A DNA stretch of 64,000 nucleotides from Methanobrevibacter thaueri (GCA_015062925.1 SUTL01000001.1:3668-67667), one strand, 5' to 3'; positions 46,117 to 57,681 are shown, counted from the stretch's first letter. Program-made: numbers and translations. Notes: generated by a model not told the origin, from the letters alone.

Positions 46117-47340
46117 TTATTCTTTAATAGAACGAGCAAGCTCAGCACCTTTATTAAAAGCTTCCTCTAAAACATCCTCATCAGGAACAAATAAAACATC
46201 CATAGTATCAGTTACAGTAAAACCAGCAGCCTCCAAATCACTTTGAAGTTTAGCAACAGCTCCACCACCCCATCCTTTAGATGAGAAAACCAAAGCATTC
46301 TTTTCACTACCAGTTCCTTTAAAATTAACACAATCCAACCAATACATCATATTACCAATTCTAGGGAAAGGCTTATTCATCATAGTAGGAGCACCAATAG
46401 CAATAGCTTTAGAATCTAAAATATCAGTAATAACATCATCAGGACCATCTTCCTGCATGAAATACATTTTAACCTCAACACCCTCACTCATAATACCCTC
46501 AGCAATCTGATAAGCTAATTTCTCAGTAGAATGATGCATAGTATCATAAATAACAGTAATCTTATCCTTACAAACACCAGAACCCCATTCAGAATACTTT
46601 TCAACAATAGGACCCGGATTAGTCCAAATCTGACCATGACAAGGAGCAATCATTTTAATCTGTTCCAACAAACCATTATCAGTTAACTCCTGCAACTTCA
46701 TCCTAAGCATAGGAGAACCTAAAGTTACAAGATTAGCATAATACTTTTGAGCTTCCCTAAGCAAATAATCAAGAGAATAATCCTTATCAAACCTGTAAGA
46801 ATGACATACATGCTGACCAAAAGCATCATTAGAAAATAAAATTCCCTCTTCCGCTAAAAATGTGAACATACTATCAGGCCAGTGAAGCATAGGAGCAGAA
46901 ACAAATTTTAAAGTCCTACCACCAATATCCAATTCATCACCAGTTCCCACAGCATTAATCTCCAAATCAGAGAAATTATGATATTGTGCTTCTAAAAAAT
47001 TAATACAATTCTGAGAAGCATAAATTTCAGCATCAGGATTATACTTATTAATAGTATCTCTTAAATAAGTGGAATGATCCATTTCAGAATGGTTTTGAAC
47101 AAAAACATCAATTTTAATATCCTTACCTTCCTGTGCAAATGCATCTTCAATTCTTGCATCCAACTGATTCTGCAAACCTTTATAAGCATTATCAATTAAA
47201 ACAGTTTTTTCATCCCCAAATACTAAATATGCATTATAAGTAGTTCCAGGAATACCATATCCATGGAAAGTTCTACTATTCCAATGGATAACTCCAACCC
47301 AATATACACCATCTGTTATTTTCACAGCCTTTGCTTTCAT
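46117..47340 (-). CDS. fprA: Flavodiiron protein FprA (probable F420H2 oxidase)
   Basis: GTTYNAY, HSEMDH, HWPD, SNDAFGQH, PCHG, flavodoxin domain YDTMHHST. Confidence 0.93.
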   Translation of the reverse strand: MKAKAVKITDGVYWVGVIHWNSRTFHGYGIPGTTYNAYLVFGDEKTVLIDNAYKGLQNQLDARIEDAFAQEGKDIKIDVFVQNHSEMDHSTYLRDTINKYNPDAEIYASQNCINFLEAQYHNFSDLEINAVGTGDELDIGGRTLKFVSAPMLHWPDSMFTFLAEEGILFSNDAFGQHVCHSYRFDKDYSLDYLLREAQKYYANLVTLGSPMLRMKLQELTDNGLLEQIKMIAPCHGQIWTNPGPIVEKYSEWGSGVCKDKITVIYDTMHHSTEKLAYQIAEGIMSEGVEVKMYFMQEDGPDDVITDILDSKAIAIGAPTMMNKPFPRIGNMMYWLDCVNFKGTGSEKNALVFSSKGWGGGAVAKLQSDLEAAGFTVTDTMDVLFVPDEDVLEEAFNKGAELARSIKE

Positions 47341-47410
47341 ATTACAACCTCAAATTAATAATTTAAGTTTATATAAATTATATATTCAAGGTATTATATA
47401 AACTATTAAT

Positions 47411-48076
47411 ATGGCAAAAAGAATCGATTTACACATGCATAGTTTATTCAGTGACGGAGAATTATTACCTTCAGAACTTGCAAGAAGAGCTTTAAAACTT
47501 AATCATGAAGTAATCGCAATAACAGACCATGTTGACTGGTCAAATGTAGATACAATACCTGCAATTCAAGATGCAATTGATGATATAAATGCCAATTGGG
47601 ACATTACCGTTGTTTTAGGTGCAGAAGTTACACATGCACCATGTGAATCAATTGATGGAATTGCTAAAAAAGCAAAGGAATTAGGAGCTGAAATTGTAGT
47701 GGTGCATGGTGAAACATTAAACGAACCTGTAACACCAGGAACCAACCGGGCAGCTGTTGAATCCAAACATGTTGATATACTAGGACATCCAGGATTAATA
47801 ACACGTGAAGAAGCAGAAATTGCATTGAAAAATAATATATATCTGGAAATATCTGCTAGAAACGGACATTGTCTTGGAAATGGTCATGTGGCAAATATTG
47901 CACGTGAAGTGGGAAATAAACTCCTGGTAAATACAGATACACATTCCCCTGATAATATTATAACATTTGAGAAATCCTATCAAATCGCACAGGGTGCCGG
48001 ATTAACTCATGAGGAAGCAATGAAAGCTCTTGTTGATAATCCAAGAGAGCTTTTGAAAAATAAAGGAATATTATGA
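47411..48076 (+). CDS. PHP domain protein (histidinol phosphatase-like)
   Basis: [30 protein letters not shown]. Confidence 0.9.
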   Translation: MAKRIDLHMHSLFSDGELLPSELARRALKLNHEVIAITDHVDWSNVDTIPAIQDAIDDINANWDITVVLGAEVTHAPCESIDGIAKKAKELGAEIVVVHGETLNEPVTPGTNRAAVESKHVDILGHPGLITREEAEIALKNNIYLEISARNGHCLGNGHVANIAREVGNKLLVNTDTHSPDNIITFEKSYQIAQGAGLTHEEAMKALVDNPRELLKNKGIL

Positions 48077-48540
48077 AAGCATCAAAATTATTACAGATAA
48101 TACGTAAGGATTTGAAAGATTATCCTATTGAATATTTGGAAAATAAAGTAACTGATGAAAGATATAAAGATCCTCTTACTAAAAAACTTGCCAAATATAA
48201 TACTGGGATTTATAAGGAAATATTTTCTATAGAAATAGAGGATGATTTTGAAATTAAGGATAATGTAATTAAAAATCTCCGTTCTGACATTAGTTTTTAT
48301 TTTGATAAGTATGCTGGTGGGGATGAGTTGAATAAAAGATTCACTCAGAATATTTCATTATATCTTGCTTTAATTGCTAAAAAACCCCTACATCCTTTTA
48401 GTGAAGATAAGAAAGATGATGTGTATTTATTTAACAATACCTATTATTGTAAAGGACGTGTTAAATATATTAAAGATGAAAGATCCCTTTGCAGATATTG
48501 TGTTTGTCATAATGTGAGTTTTAGCGGAATATTTTTTTAG
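48073..48540 (+). CDS. DUF2115/UPF0305-like methanogen protein
   Basis: YL.LI.KKPLHP..YYC..SLC.YCVC. Confidence 0.78.
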   Translation: MKASKLLQIIRKDLKDYPIEYLENKVTDERYKDPLTKKLAKYNTGIYKEIFSIEIEDDFEIKDNVIKNLRSDISFYFDKYAGGDELNKRFTQNISLYLALIAKKPLHPFSEDKKDDVYLFNNTYYCKGRVKYIKDERSLCRYCVCHNVSFSGIFF

Positions 48541-49499
48541 GATGAAAATTCTTTATAATTTTTTGAGTTTAAAACTTTTGTGAAGAATTTCTTTTTTACA
48601 GGTCCAAGATTATCTAGAAAATCCTTGTAATATGGTGTTGATTTAATTTCAGTATAATCCTTTTTAATTAAATCAAACATCATAGGTTTATGTTTTTCAT
48701 CAAGATCTCTTAAAGCAAATCGAGGACCATTAATTTTATAGGCAATCAAATCGAATTTATATGTATCATACCAGTCATTTTCAATGAAAATCTTCATTAA
48801 CACTTGCCCCGCCCTAACCGTGTCAAAAAACTTCTCATCAACAACACAAGTAATAGACTCATCATGCTTCCTTCTAAAATACAACTTCTCTTTAACAATA
48901 GAAACCCTATCTGCTTTTAAAAATACATAATAGAAAAAAGGCATATCCTCAAAATAAATCTCCTCAGGAAATCGGGCATTAATTCTTTTTAAAAAACTAT
49001 GATTGTAAATTTTTTGACAAACACCAACAGACAAATCAAAAATAGAACCTGGAGTTTCACAAGGTTTAAAAACCCTATTTTCAAATGAATCATCAAAAAT
49101 CTTCAGACAAAACCAATCATTACCATATACTCTACCATTATCATAATTAACCATTTGAAAAAAAGTCAAATCACTATTATATTTCTCTGCTTCAAAATAA
49201 GCAACTTCCAAAGCTTTCTCATCATACCAATCATCAGAATCCAAAAACATAATATACTTGCCTGAAGCAACTTTTAATGCATTATTTCTAGCTGCACCAG
49301 GTCCCTGATTAGATTGATTAATTATAATAATCCTGGAATCATTGAATCTGTTTAAAATATTTAATGTAGAATCCGTTGAACCGTCATTTACAATTATAAG
49401 TTCAAAATCAGTGAATGTTTGCTTTAAAACACTTTCAACAGATTTTCCAATATATTTTTCACCATTAAAAACAGGCAATATTACAGAAATTAATGTCAT
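48537..49499 (-). CDS. Glycosyltransferase family 2
   Basis: ISVILPVFN, VNDGSTD, ARN, FLDSDD, FED. Confidence 0.92.
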   Translation of the reverse strand: MTLISVILPVFNGEKYIGKSVESVLKQTFTDFELIIVNDGSTDSTLNILNRFNDSRIIIINQSNQGPGAARNNALKVASGKYIMFLDSDDWYDEKALEVAYFEAEKYNSDLTFFQMVNYDNGRVYGNDWFCLKIFDDSFENRVFKPCETPGSIFDLSVGVCQKIYNHSFLKRINARFPEEIYFEDMPFFYYVFLKADRVSIVKEKLYFRRKHDESITCVVDEKFFDTVRAGQVLMKIFIENDWYDTYKFDLIAYKINGPRFALRDLDEKHKPMMFDLIKKDYTEIKSTPYYKDFLDNLGPVKKKFFTKVLNSKNYKEFSS

Positions 49500-49504
49500 T
49501 TCCC

Positions 49505-49553
49505 AAAAAAAAAATAGTAATGTAAATGATTTTTATTAATTTAAAATCATTTA
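49505..49553 (-). terminator. Hairpin plus T-run after the methyltransferase gene
   Basis: taaatgatttt and aaaatcattta inverted repeat (49523-49553), with a minus-strand T-run downstream. Confidence 0.45.
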
Positions 49554-49569
49554 TTTAAATTTGAATAAT

Positions 49570-50205
49570 TTATTTTTTAGCAACAATTCTTATAACATAA
49601 GGATTATCATCTTTATAAGGAGCTAAATCTTTATCTTCGATTTTGAATAAGATTTCAAAACCTAAATCTTCAAGTTTTTTTGTGAATTTATCTAAATCCA
49701 TGTATCTTCTATAATGGTTGGTGAAGTTTTCAGTTTCACTTAAAGCATCACCTTTTTTAAACATAGGATCGTTTAAACTTCTAGCTTCCAATAAAAATAA
49801 TCCACCTTCATCCAAATGTTGAGTTATCCAAGCAAGAGTCCTATCTTCTTTTGCTTCGTTAATTGAGTGGAAAGTAAATCTTGAATAAATATAATCGAAT
49901 TGAGTATTGTTAATTATATCTTCACTGCTTTCAGCAAGATTAGTAAAGTCACCGCAAACAAATGTAATATTATCATTTGCATAGTGTTCATTTAAATATT
50001 CCATTTCACTACATACTTGATCAACAGCAACTACATTAACATTGTTTTCACTGAAAAATAAACTGTCCCTTCCGTTTCCACAACCAAGTTCAATTAAATT
50101 TTTACCAGCTTCTAATCTGTCAACTACGAATTCTGCGAATGTAGATGCTCCAGTTGGTTTTGAATGAGTAGAATAATACTCAGTCCAATAATTTTTATCA
50201 TCCAT
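49570..50205 (-). CDS. Class I SAM-dependent methyltransferase
   Basis: LIELGCGNGRD, FDYIYSRF, L..GG. Confidence 0.88.
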   Translation of the reverse strand: MDDKNYWTEYYSTHSKPTGASTFAEFVVDRLEAGKNLIELGCGNGRDSLFFSENNVNVVAVDQVCSEMEYLNEHYANDNITFVCGDFTNLAESSEDIINNTQFDYIYSRFTFHSINEAKEDRTLAWITQHLDEGGLFLLEARSLNDPMFKKGDALSETENFTNHYRRYMDLDKFTKKLEDLGFEILFKIEDKDLAPYKDDNPYVIRIVAKK

Positions 50206-50289
50206 AATATATCACCAATATTATAATATTTATTCTTTTTCTCTTTTATATATTTCTAATATTTTAAAAATATAATTTTAGATAAAATC

Positions 50290-51000
50290 TTATTTATTTT
50301 CATTTTGACGCATTAAAACATAACCTTTGAACAAATCAATATCTTCTTTTGTTGTTATTTTGATATTTAATTGATTTGATTTTGATAAATAGATTTCCCG
50401 ACCCATTAAATACATTAAAGTAGTGGTGTGAGGTTCAACTTTATCCAGTAAATCTTTTTCAATTGCCTCATCAAATAATTCTGTTACATATGAATATTTA
50501 AAACACTGCGGTGCATTTAAAATCATCACCTGATCACGATCAATCCAATTTAAAGATTTATCACCATCATTACTTCCAAGGAGCAATGGTGAAGATATTG
50601 CTGGAGAAGAATTGCCTTTATCTTTGCATACTCTGATTGCATCACTAATAATATCAGAGGTTACAAATGGAGATGCACCATAATGAACAAGAACAATATC
50701 GTCATCGTTCAATTCATTTCGAAGATTATTAACCCCATTTATCACGGAATGTTGGAAATCAACACCTCCTTTGCATATCCATTTAACTTTATCCAAGTTA
50801 TATTCTTCAATTAATTCTTTTAAATAATCTATATGACTTTCAATACATACTACTTCAATAGCATCGATTTCAGGGTGGTTTTGGAAAGCTTCAATTGTAT
50901 ATACAAGTACAGGTTTTCCTAAAACCTCAATAAATTGTTTTGGCTTGTCAGCTCCAACTCTTGAACCAACTCCCCCTGCTAATATAATAGGAACATTCAT
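50290..51000 (-). CDS. IspD/TarI family cytidylyltransferase
   Basis: ILAGGVGSR, PKQF, PQ.F, NIKITT.ED. Confidence 0.9.
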   Translation of the reverse strand: MNVPIILAGGVGSRVGADKPKQFIEVLGKPVLVYTIEAFQNHPEIDAIEVVCIESHIDYLKELIEEYNLDKVKWICKGGVDFQHSVINGVNNLRNELNDDDIVLVHYGASPFVTSDIISDAIRVCKDKGNSSPAISSPLLLGSNDGDKSLNWIDRDQVMILNAPQCFKYSYVTELFDEAIEKDLLDKVEPHTTTLMYLMGREIYLSKSNQLNIKITTKEDIDLFKGYVLMRQNENK

Positions 51001-51005
51001 AATTA

Positions 51006-52604
51006 TTATAACTCCTTATAACTTTCAATAACTTCATCAACATTATCTAAAACATATCTGAATGCTGGTAGGAAGAAAAATCCATCTTCTTCACCAACAC
51101 TTCCTTTAAATAAACCCCAACTAATCCAATAAAAAGCAGATAAAACAGCTTGAGCCATTGCATGCCTGTGTTCTAATGGAGTTAATTCACGTCCATAATA
51201 TGCTTTTAAAAGCATGTCACGAATACTGTCATCATACTCATAACGTGTGAAAATACAGGCCACATCATTTACAGGATCATTAACTCCAGAATACTCCCAG
51301 TCAATCAGATAAAAATCATCATCTGATGTTGAGATGAAATTAGGTTCATAAACATCATTATGACAAACAGTAAGGTTTATACCATATTTTTCTCTTTCTG
51401 CTTTAACAAACTCATCAACCTGATCTATTTTAGATATCATTTCTTCAAATTCCTTGAATAAATTACCTTTAGTAGCACAGGCAAGGTTGATTAATCTTTT
51501 AGCTTCAACAACATTATCAAATAATTTAACATCATCAGATATTGGGATTTCATGAGTTTTATGTAAAGCATCCATACACTGTTTTAAATGAGTTTCATTG
51601 TTAATAATATCGCATGGAATAATATTCTGGATAAAATAGGATATTTTCCAACCTTCAGGACTGATATAGATTAATGAATCATCCAATTCATATTTTTTTG
51701 CCTGATTTTGAGTGTAAACTTCAGTTCGACGGTCAATTAAACTATCCGCTGTACCTCCAGGATGTCTGTATACATATTCTGTATTTTCAACAGTGAATTT
51801 GAAAGAAGCATTAGTTAAACCTGCTTTAATAATATCAATATTGGAAATTTCATTAGGATGACATTTAAGTGTTTTACATATGTTTTCAACAATTTCAGAA
51901 TCAACATTTAAAAGAAAATCACTGTCAAACTGTCTTAAATCATCAATATCTTCAAATTCAAAAATCTCATCATTTCCAAATTCTTTTTTAAATAAAGTTA
52001 AATCTTTAATATGTGTTGCATAATAATCCTCCCAGAACATATTAACAACACCGAAGTTATTAATTTCCTCTTCTAAAAGCTGACGGAATTTATTTGAGAA
52101 TTTTTCATTAAAATAAGCATGACCAATCATTGCTTCACCATCACTGCCCCCAATATAACAGTCAGTGATAATATCTGCATCTGAACAGTCAACACCGAAT
52201 TCCCGGAAGTTTCCTTCAAGATAAGAGCAAGCTCTGTATGATAAATTTAATTCATTATCATCTATGAAGGGATTTTTTGTAAAGTAATGATCTGCACAAC
52301 AGATGAAAGTATTTGCTAAATATTGTCTTGCAACATATAATGAGTAAATATTACCGTATTTTCCGAAGGTATTGTTTATTATTAATGTAACTTCACTGTA
52401 TTTACGTTCCAGGTAGAAGAATTTCTCCTTCATATAACCGATTACTACATATATGTCTTTTATTCCTGATTCTATTAATTGTTCTATTTGTCTTTCAATT
52501 AACACTTCTCCTTTAACAATAAATAATCCTTTTGGTTTTTCATATGTAAAAGGTGCGAAGCGATTTGATTTACCTGCTGCTAAAATTATTGCATTTTTTG
52601 TCAT
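51006..52604 (-). CDS. LicC-type NTP transferase fused to LicA-type choline/ethanolamine kinase
   Basis: ILAAGKSNRF..PKGL at the N-terminus; GLTN, YRHPG, CHND and IDWEY in the kinase part. Confidence 0.9.
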   Translation of the reverse strand: MTKNAIILAAGKSNRFAPFTYEKPKGLFIVKGEVLIERQIEQLIESGIKDIYVVIGYMKEKFFYLERKYSEVTLIINNTFGKYGNIYSLYVARQYLANTFICCADHYFTKNPFIDDNELNLSYRACSYLEGNFREFGVDCSDADIITDCYIGGSDGEAMIGHAYFNEKFSNKFRQLLEEEINNFGVVNMFWEDYYATHIKDLTLFKKEFGNDEIFEFEDIDDLRQFDSDFLLNVDSEIVENICKTLKCHPNEISNIDIIKAGLTNASFKFTVENTEYVYRHPGGTADSLIDRRTEVYTQNQAKKYELDDSLIYISPEGWKISYFIQNIIPCDIINNETHLKQCMDALHKTHEIPISDDVKLFDNVVEAKRLINLACATKGNLFKEFEEMISKIDQVDEFVKAEREKYGINLTVCHNDVYEPNFISTSDDDFYLIDWEYSGVNDPVNDVACIFTRYEYDDSIRDMLLKAYYGRELTPLEHRHAMAQAVLSAFYWISWGLFKGSVGEEDGFFFLPAFRYVLDNVDEVIESYKEL

Positions 52605-52732
52605 TGTAAAAAGACTCTCCTTTAAGATTTTACTTTAATATATAAAAAAATAGTGATTATTTTAAAAATATAGTCATTTTATAAAAAAGAAAATAATAAA
52701 ATAAATATAAAAAATTATTATTATAAAGGAAT

Positions 52733-54928
52733 TTAAATAATTTTGACTTTAAATTTAGAGTTAACATTATAATTATTATTTTTCAATAATAATACAAAAT
52801 TATGTGATCCTTTGGATAATTTTTTAGTACTTATTTTGAAAACACCGTTAGAGTTTGTTTTAACTTTTATTGTTTTAAGTTTACCACCAGAGTAATATTT
52901 TAACTGGAATTTAGTTTTCTTAATAACATTATCTCCTGATTTAACAGTAACTTCTAATTTTGATGATTTTTCAACTTCTTCATCTGCGGATGCTTTAGCA
53001 GATCCTTTTTTAATATTTATGGAAGTTTTTGTTTTAGATAGTTTAATGTTTTTATTTTGTGAAACTATTTTCACTTTATGATTTCCTATTGGTAATTTGG
53101 AAGTGTCGAATTTCACCCATCCTTTAGAGTTACTTGTAGCTTTATAGGTTGTGTATTTTTTACCAGTGTAGACATGTAAGTATAATTTTGCATATGGAAT
53201 TTTTTTACCTGTTTTTGTGTTTTTTGCATAGAATTTCCAGATTTTTCCGGAATTATATTTGGCAGATAATTTTTTAACAAATAATTTGGATGGGGCTTTA
53301 ACAACACTGATTGTTGGGTTAATATAACATACTCCTCCTTCCATTGTTATTGTTAATGTATATTTGCCTGCATCAATGTCTAATGGTATTTCAACAGTTA
53401 AATGTCCGTTACTATCTGTTTTTAACCATCCTGTTTTATAGGTATGGTCTCCTTTAAATGTTAGTTTGATTTTTTGGGATAGTGGTACATTCCAAGGTGA
53501 AGATAGTTTGATTGATAGTGATACTTCACCGAAGTATGAGTTGATTTCTGTTACTTGTGCGACGAATACTCCGTAAATGTTTACTCCGATTGGTGCATTG
53601 TTATTGCTGCATACACAATTGGAATATGATATTTGTTCCATTTTAGAGTATATTGCTCCTCCTTTAATGGTTGCAGTGTTACTTGTGAATATTGAGTTGG
53701 CAACATTGTTACTGTCTGATTTTAAAAGTAAAGCTCCACCATATCCTGCTGAGTTTTTATTGAATGTACAGTTAGCTATATCTACTGTTGCGAATTTGGT
53801 GAATACTGCTCCTCCTTCTTCACAGTAGTTTTCATTGAAGTTACAGTTTATGATTTTTGTTAATCCGTATTTTGCATATACTGCACCACCTTGTTGTGAT
53901 GCTTTGTTTTTAGTGAAGTTACATCCTTTAATAGTTACGTTACTTCTGTATACATATTCAAATACTTTAATTTGAATTGCTCCTCCTTTTAAAGCTGAGT
54001 TTCCTTCGAAAGAACAGTTTTCAACTAATGCGGATAAACATGCGTCTAATACTAATGTTCCACCTTTATCAGCATGGTTGTTTCTGAATACTGTGTTTAA
54101 AATTTTTCCTCTACCTAATTCATCTAGGTATATTGCAACACTACTTGGGGAAACATTACTGTCGAATAAACAGCCGTTTACATATAATGTACTCATATTA
54201 TAGGATGGTCCACTGTAACTAACTAATAGTACTGTGGCTAAGTATGCATCATTGTTTTTGAATGTTGAATTATATAGGGATAATTGAACACCTAGTGATG
54301 CGCATATTGCACTTCCCATTCCTCTTTTAAATTCTTTCCATTCAAGATCACTAACACGGATACTTGTGTTGTTGGAAAATATTGTACTGTATACATCAAC
54401 TATTGATCCGCTGCGAACAGATACTGCTCCTCCATTTGCATTGTAAACCATGTTGTTGAAGAATGTACAGTTAATGATTGTTATATTACAATTATTTTCA
54501 ACGTTTAATGCTCCTCCGTTGGTTTCACCATAACAATTTTTAAATATGATGTTTTTTAGAACAACAGTACAATTAGGTGCAATATATAATCCTTTTGCAA
54601 AGTTATTCCCATCTATACATGCATCATAACCTATTATGGTCATGTTTTTAAATATTCCTATACCTTCTGTTAGATTTCCATCTATTTCTTTATTGTATTT
54701 ATAATATCCTTTTAAACTTAAAGTTGTGTTTTCATCTGTTTCGTTTATTTGTGTGGATAAACTGGTGAAAGTGTTGACTGATGTGCTTCCCATTGTATTT
54801 GATATATCATTATGGGTGTTTAGTGCAGTATCATTGGAATCTGAACTAACAATATCAGTGACATTTTCAGCGTTAATGGAATTTACAGTTAATAAGACAA
54901 ATAAAACGATTAATAAAACACTTAACAT
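52733..54928 (-). CDS. Adhesin-like protein (beta-helix plus basic Ig-like C-terminus); start may be ATA 54943
   Basis: Hydrophobic N-terminus, repeated GGA(I/V)/F..N.A, KTNSNG repeats. Confidence 0.88.
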   Translation of the reverse strand: MLSVLLIVLFVLLTVNSINAENVTDIVSSDSNDTALNTHNDISNTMGSTSVNTFTSLSTQINETDENTTLSLKGYYKYNKEIDGNLTEGIGIFKNMTIIGYDACIDGNNFAKGLYIAPNCTVVLKNIIFKNCYGETNGGALNVENNCNITIINCTFFNNMVYNANGGAVSVRSGSIVDVYSTIFSNNTSIRVSDLEWKEFKRGMGSAICASLGVQLSLYNSTFKNNDAYLATVLLVSYSGPSYNMSTLYVNGCLFDSNVSPSSVAIYLDELGRGKILNTVFRNNHADKGGTLVLDACLSALVENCSFEGNSALKGGAIQIKVFEYVYRSNVTIKGCNFTKNKASQQGGAVYAKYGLTKIINCNFNENYCEEGGAVFTKFATVDIANCTFNKNSAGYGGALLLKSDSNNVANSIFTSNTATIKGGAIYSKMEQISYSNCVCSNNNAPIGVNIYGVFVAQVTEINSYFGEVSLSIKLSSPWNVPLSQKIKLTFKGDHTYKTGWLKTDSNGHLTVEIPLDIDAGKYTLTITMEGGVCYINPTISVVKAPSKLFVKKLSAKYNSGKIWKFYAKNTKTGKKIPYAKLYLHVYTGKKYTTYKATSNSKGWVKFDTSKLPIGNHKVKIVSQNKNIKLSKTKTSINIKKGSAKASADEEVEKSSKLEVTVKSGDNVIKKTKFQLKYYSGGKLKTIKVKTNSNGVFKISTKKLSKGSHNFVLLLKNNNYNVNSKFKVKII

Positions 54929-55063
54929 TTTAGATAAGTTTATAATAATACCTCCTATTTAAAATCCCATATCGTTTAGTAATACATTTATTAATTTTAA
55001 CATATAAATGTGTGCTTTTAATCAAATTTATTTTACAAAAAAAGAGTAAAAGAGGAAATATAG

Positions 55064-56857
55064 TTAATTGTGCTGATATATATTGAAATCTCCACAATTT
55101 TTAATCTTATGATAATTATCAAAATCTTTATCATATTTTAGAATAATATAAGTAGTATTATTAAATTCCTCTAAATCTGGACTTTCCTCATCCAGAATAG
55201 TAACATTAACATTTAAATACCATCTTATTGTTCTTTCATGATGATTATATGAAGCGAATGATTTGGAATGATAATTAGCATCAGTATTTTTAATATAATC
55301 ACATGCATCCACCAAATCATTAACAAAACCCTGTTTTAAAACATCATCATAAACCTTATTATGATCATCCAACTGCATAGGACCAATGAATAAAACAGTT
55401 GAAATTAAAAATAATAAAATCACCAATACAGGAACAATACTAGCTGATTTTGAATAATTAACATCAAAATTATTAGTTAATTTAAACTTGAAAGATTCAC
55501 AATCATCAAATCTAGTATTGCAGAAATTAGTAATAGAATCCAATCCCCATACAATGAAATAAATAAAAGCCGGCAACACCATTAAAAAATAACGGGCCAC
55601 TTTAATCGGATAAAGAGAAATAAAAATAAAAGTAATACTGAAATATGCTAAAAACAACAAATCAAACTGGAAATTCTTATTAGTAATATTATATTTTTCA
55701 AAAATCACAAAAATACAGGTAATTGCAATAAGAACACAAATGTTTGAAAACATACTATTAGATAAATATTTAAAACCAACAAAAACACCAATAACAGATA
55801 AAACCAATAATAATACTAATAATTTACTGAAATATCTGTTATTAAATGATAATTTATTATTTTTTAAATATTTGAAAACTTTAATGTTTCTTAAAAGATT
55901 AAATAAAGCTAATATAAATCCAATACTGAAAATTCCAATTATTAAAGTGGTTAAAACATTACCTGAACGACGTAATATGAATAATACATAAGGTAATTTA
56001 TGCACATAGAATAATTTATCCAACAGATAGTTAATTGAATTTTCATTAAAACCAGATTCAGTAAAAGTACGTACAGATTGATTGAAAAATGTTAATGAAC
56101 CGCCAAAATCTAAAATTAATGTTTTACAAATAATAACCGCTAAAATCAAAGCAATAACTAATGAAATACATATATATTTAAATTCCTTGGATTTAAGATA
56201 ATTAGATAGAATATTTTTCAATTGTTTTTTATCAGTGTTTAAAAGATTGAACAAGTCTTTATTGAATAAATAATATAAAACAATTAATGGTAATGTGAAT
56301 CCAACAATATATTTAACAAAAAATCCAATTACAAATAATGGAAATACAATTAAATAATATTTAGGATTTTTATCAATAGCCATTATTGCAAAAACCAACA
56401 CCCATATTGAAAAAGACACAGCAGGTAAATCAATTAAACCTTTTCCCAGATTAAACAATACCACTGACAAACTACCATATATAATTACTCCAGATAAACT
56501 TAATAATGGATTAAATCTATTTCTTAAAAGTAAATATAATCCAATATATCCGAAAAATCCAAAAATACCTGTTATAATCATTATCACTGACTGGTTAACA
56601 AAACCTAATCTGAAAAATAATGATGATAAAAACGAAATTACTGGAGTGAAATATAAATCATGTGGATTAACAATATTATAATAATCCATTCCAGCATATT
56701 TAAGTCCACTTATTAAATAAAGACTAACATCTGGATTTAAAATTCCTCCTGATAAACAGAATAATGTCATTTTTAAAGTACATAAAAATGCGAAAATAAA
56801 TAGAATTATTAAAAATATTTTATCGCTTTTATTAATATTAAAATCTGATAAATTCAT
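55064..56857 (-). CDS. GT-C fold (GT39/PMT-like) membrane glycosyltransferase
   Basis: Many TM segments; PDVSLY loop, P..S, D.P, K and RY motifs. Confidence 0.75.
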   Translation of the reverse strand: MNLSDFNINKSDKIFLIILFIFAFLCTLKMTLFCLSGGILNPDVSLYLISGLKYAGMDYYNIVNPHDLYFTPVISFLSSLFFRLGFVNQSVIMIITGIFGFFGYIGLYLLLRNRFNPLLSLSGVIIYGSLSVVLFNLGKGLIDLPAVSFSIWVLVFAIMAIDKNPKYYLIVFPLFVIGFFVKYIVGFTLPLIVLYYLFNKDLFNLLNTDKKQLKNILSNYLKSKEFKYICISLVIALILAVIICKTLILDFGGSLTFFNQSVRTFTESGFNENSINYLLDKLFYVHKLPYVLFILRRSGNVLTTLIIGIFSIGFILALFNLLRNIKVFKYLKNNKLSFNNRYFSKLLVLLLVLSVIGVFVGFKYLSNSMFSNICVLIAITCIFVIFEKYNITNKNFQFDLLFLAYFSITFIFISLYPIKVARYFLMVLPAFIYFIVWGLDSITNFCNTRFDDCESFKFKLTNNFDVNYSKSASIVPVLVILLFLISTVLFIGPMQLDDHNKVYDDVLKQGFVNDLVDACDYIKNTDANYHSKSFASYNHHERTIRWYLNVNVTILDEESPDLEEFNNTTYIILKYDKDFDNYHKIKNCGDFNIYQHN

Positions 56858-56925
56858 TAATTTTAATATTACTATTTTTTAAATTAAATATTTTTCGACA
56901 AAAAATAGAAAAAAAAATGTGGTGT

Positions 56926-57567
56926 TTAGAAAGTTTGAACACCACTATCAGGACTTAAATTTACATTTTTAGAGTCAAGTAAATTACCTGAATCATCATA
57001 TAATTTAATTTCAGCAAAATCTGGATAATATTTATATGCATCAGCACTGTTTACATTAACATATCCTGATGAATCAACTGTTTTAGGAACCATATTCCCT
57101 GAATTCAGTGCATTTCCATCACGAGAATATTTAATTTGAATGGTGACTTTTTCACCTGCATGATTGGAACCTACAAATATTGAAGCATGAGTTTTATCTT
57201 TTAAACTGCTTCCTGTTTCAAAACTACCTCCCAGTATTGACATTGAATTAGTGGTTTGTGATGCCTGGGAGGATTGTGAATTTGTATTTGTAGCATTTAT
57301 TTCTTCATTATCATCCTGAAGTGGAGTGATATTATGAGAAGATTGATTATTGTTTGAACTCATATTAATATAGATAAATACTCCTGCTAAAACCACGGCA
57401 ACTATGATTAAAGCAATGATAATATATTTGGTAGTGTTGTTATTTTTATCCTTATTCATTGAATTAATCATATTTTTATGATTTAAATCTTTTTTAAGTG
57501 ATGTTCCGCATTTTTTACAAAATTTTGCTGAATCTGAATTTTCACTATCACAATTAGGACACTTCAT
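56926..57567 (-). CDS. Zinc-ribbon, single-TM membrane protein
   Basis: CPNC..N...AKFCKKCG, one TM helix, Ser/Asn-rich linker, extracellular domain. Confidence 0.85.
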   Translation of the reverse strand: MKCPNCDSENSDSAKFCKKCGTSLKKDLNHKNMINSMNKDKNNNTTKYIIIALIIVAVVLAGVFIYINMSSNNNQSSHNITPLQDDNEEINATNTNSQSSQASQTTNSMSILGGSFETGSSLKDKTHASIFVGSNHAGEKVTIQIKYSRDGNALNSGNMVPKTVDSSGYVNVNSADAYKYYPDFAEIKLYDDSGNLLDSKNVNLSPDSGVQTF

Positions 57568-57681
57568 ATAAACTAAATACCCCCTAAATTTATATAATAT
57601 ATAATATATTTTTTAAATTTTATAAATTTAATTAAAATTAGGTGAAAGTGAAAAAGTATTAAAAAAGGATAAAAATATAAT

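Noticed and set aside
50290-51000. MEP-pathway ispD
   Set aside because: Archaea use the mevalonate pathway, and the lic/tag neighbourhood favours a TarI-like polyol-phosphate role
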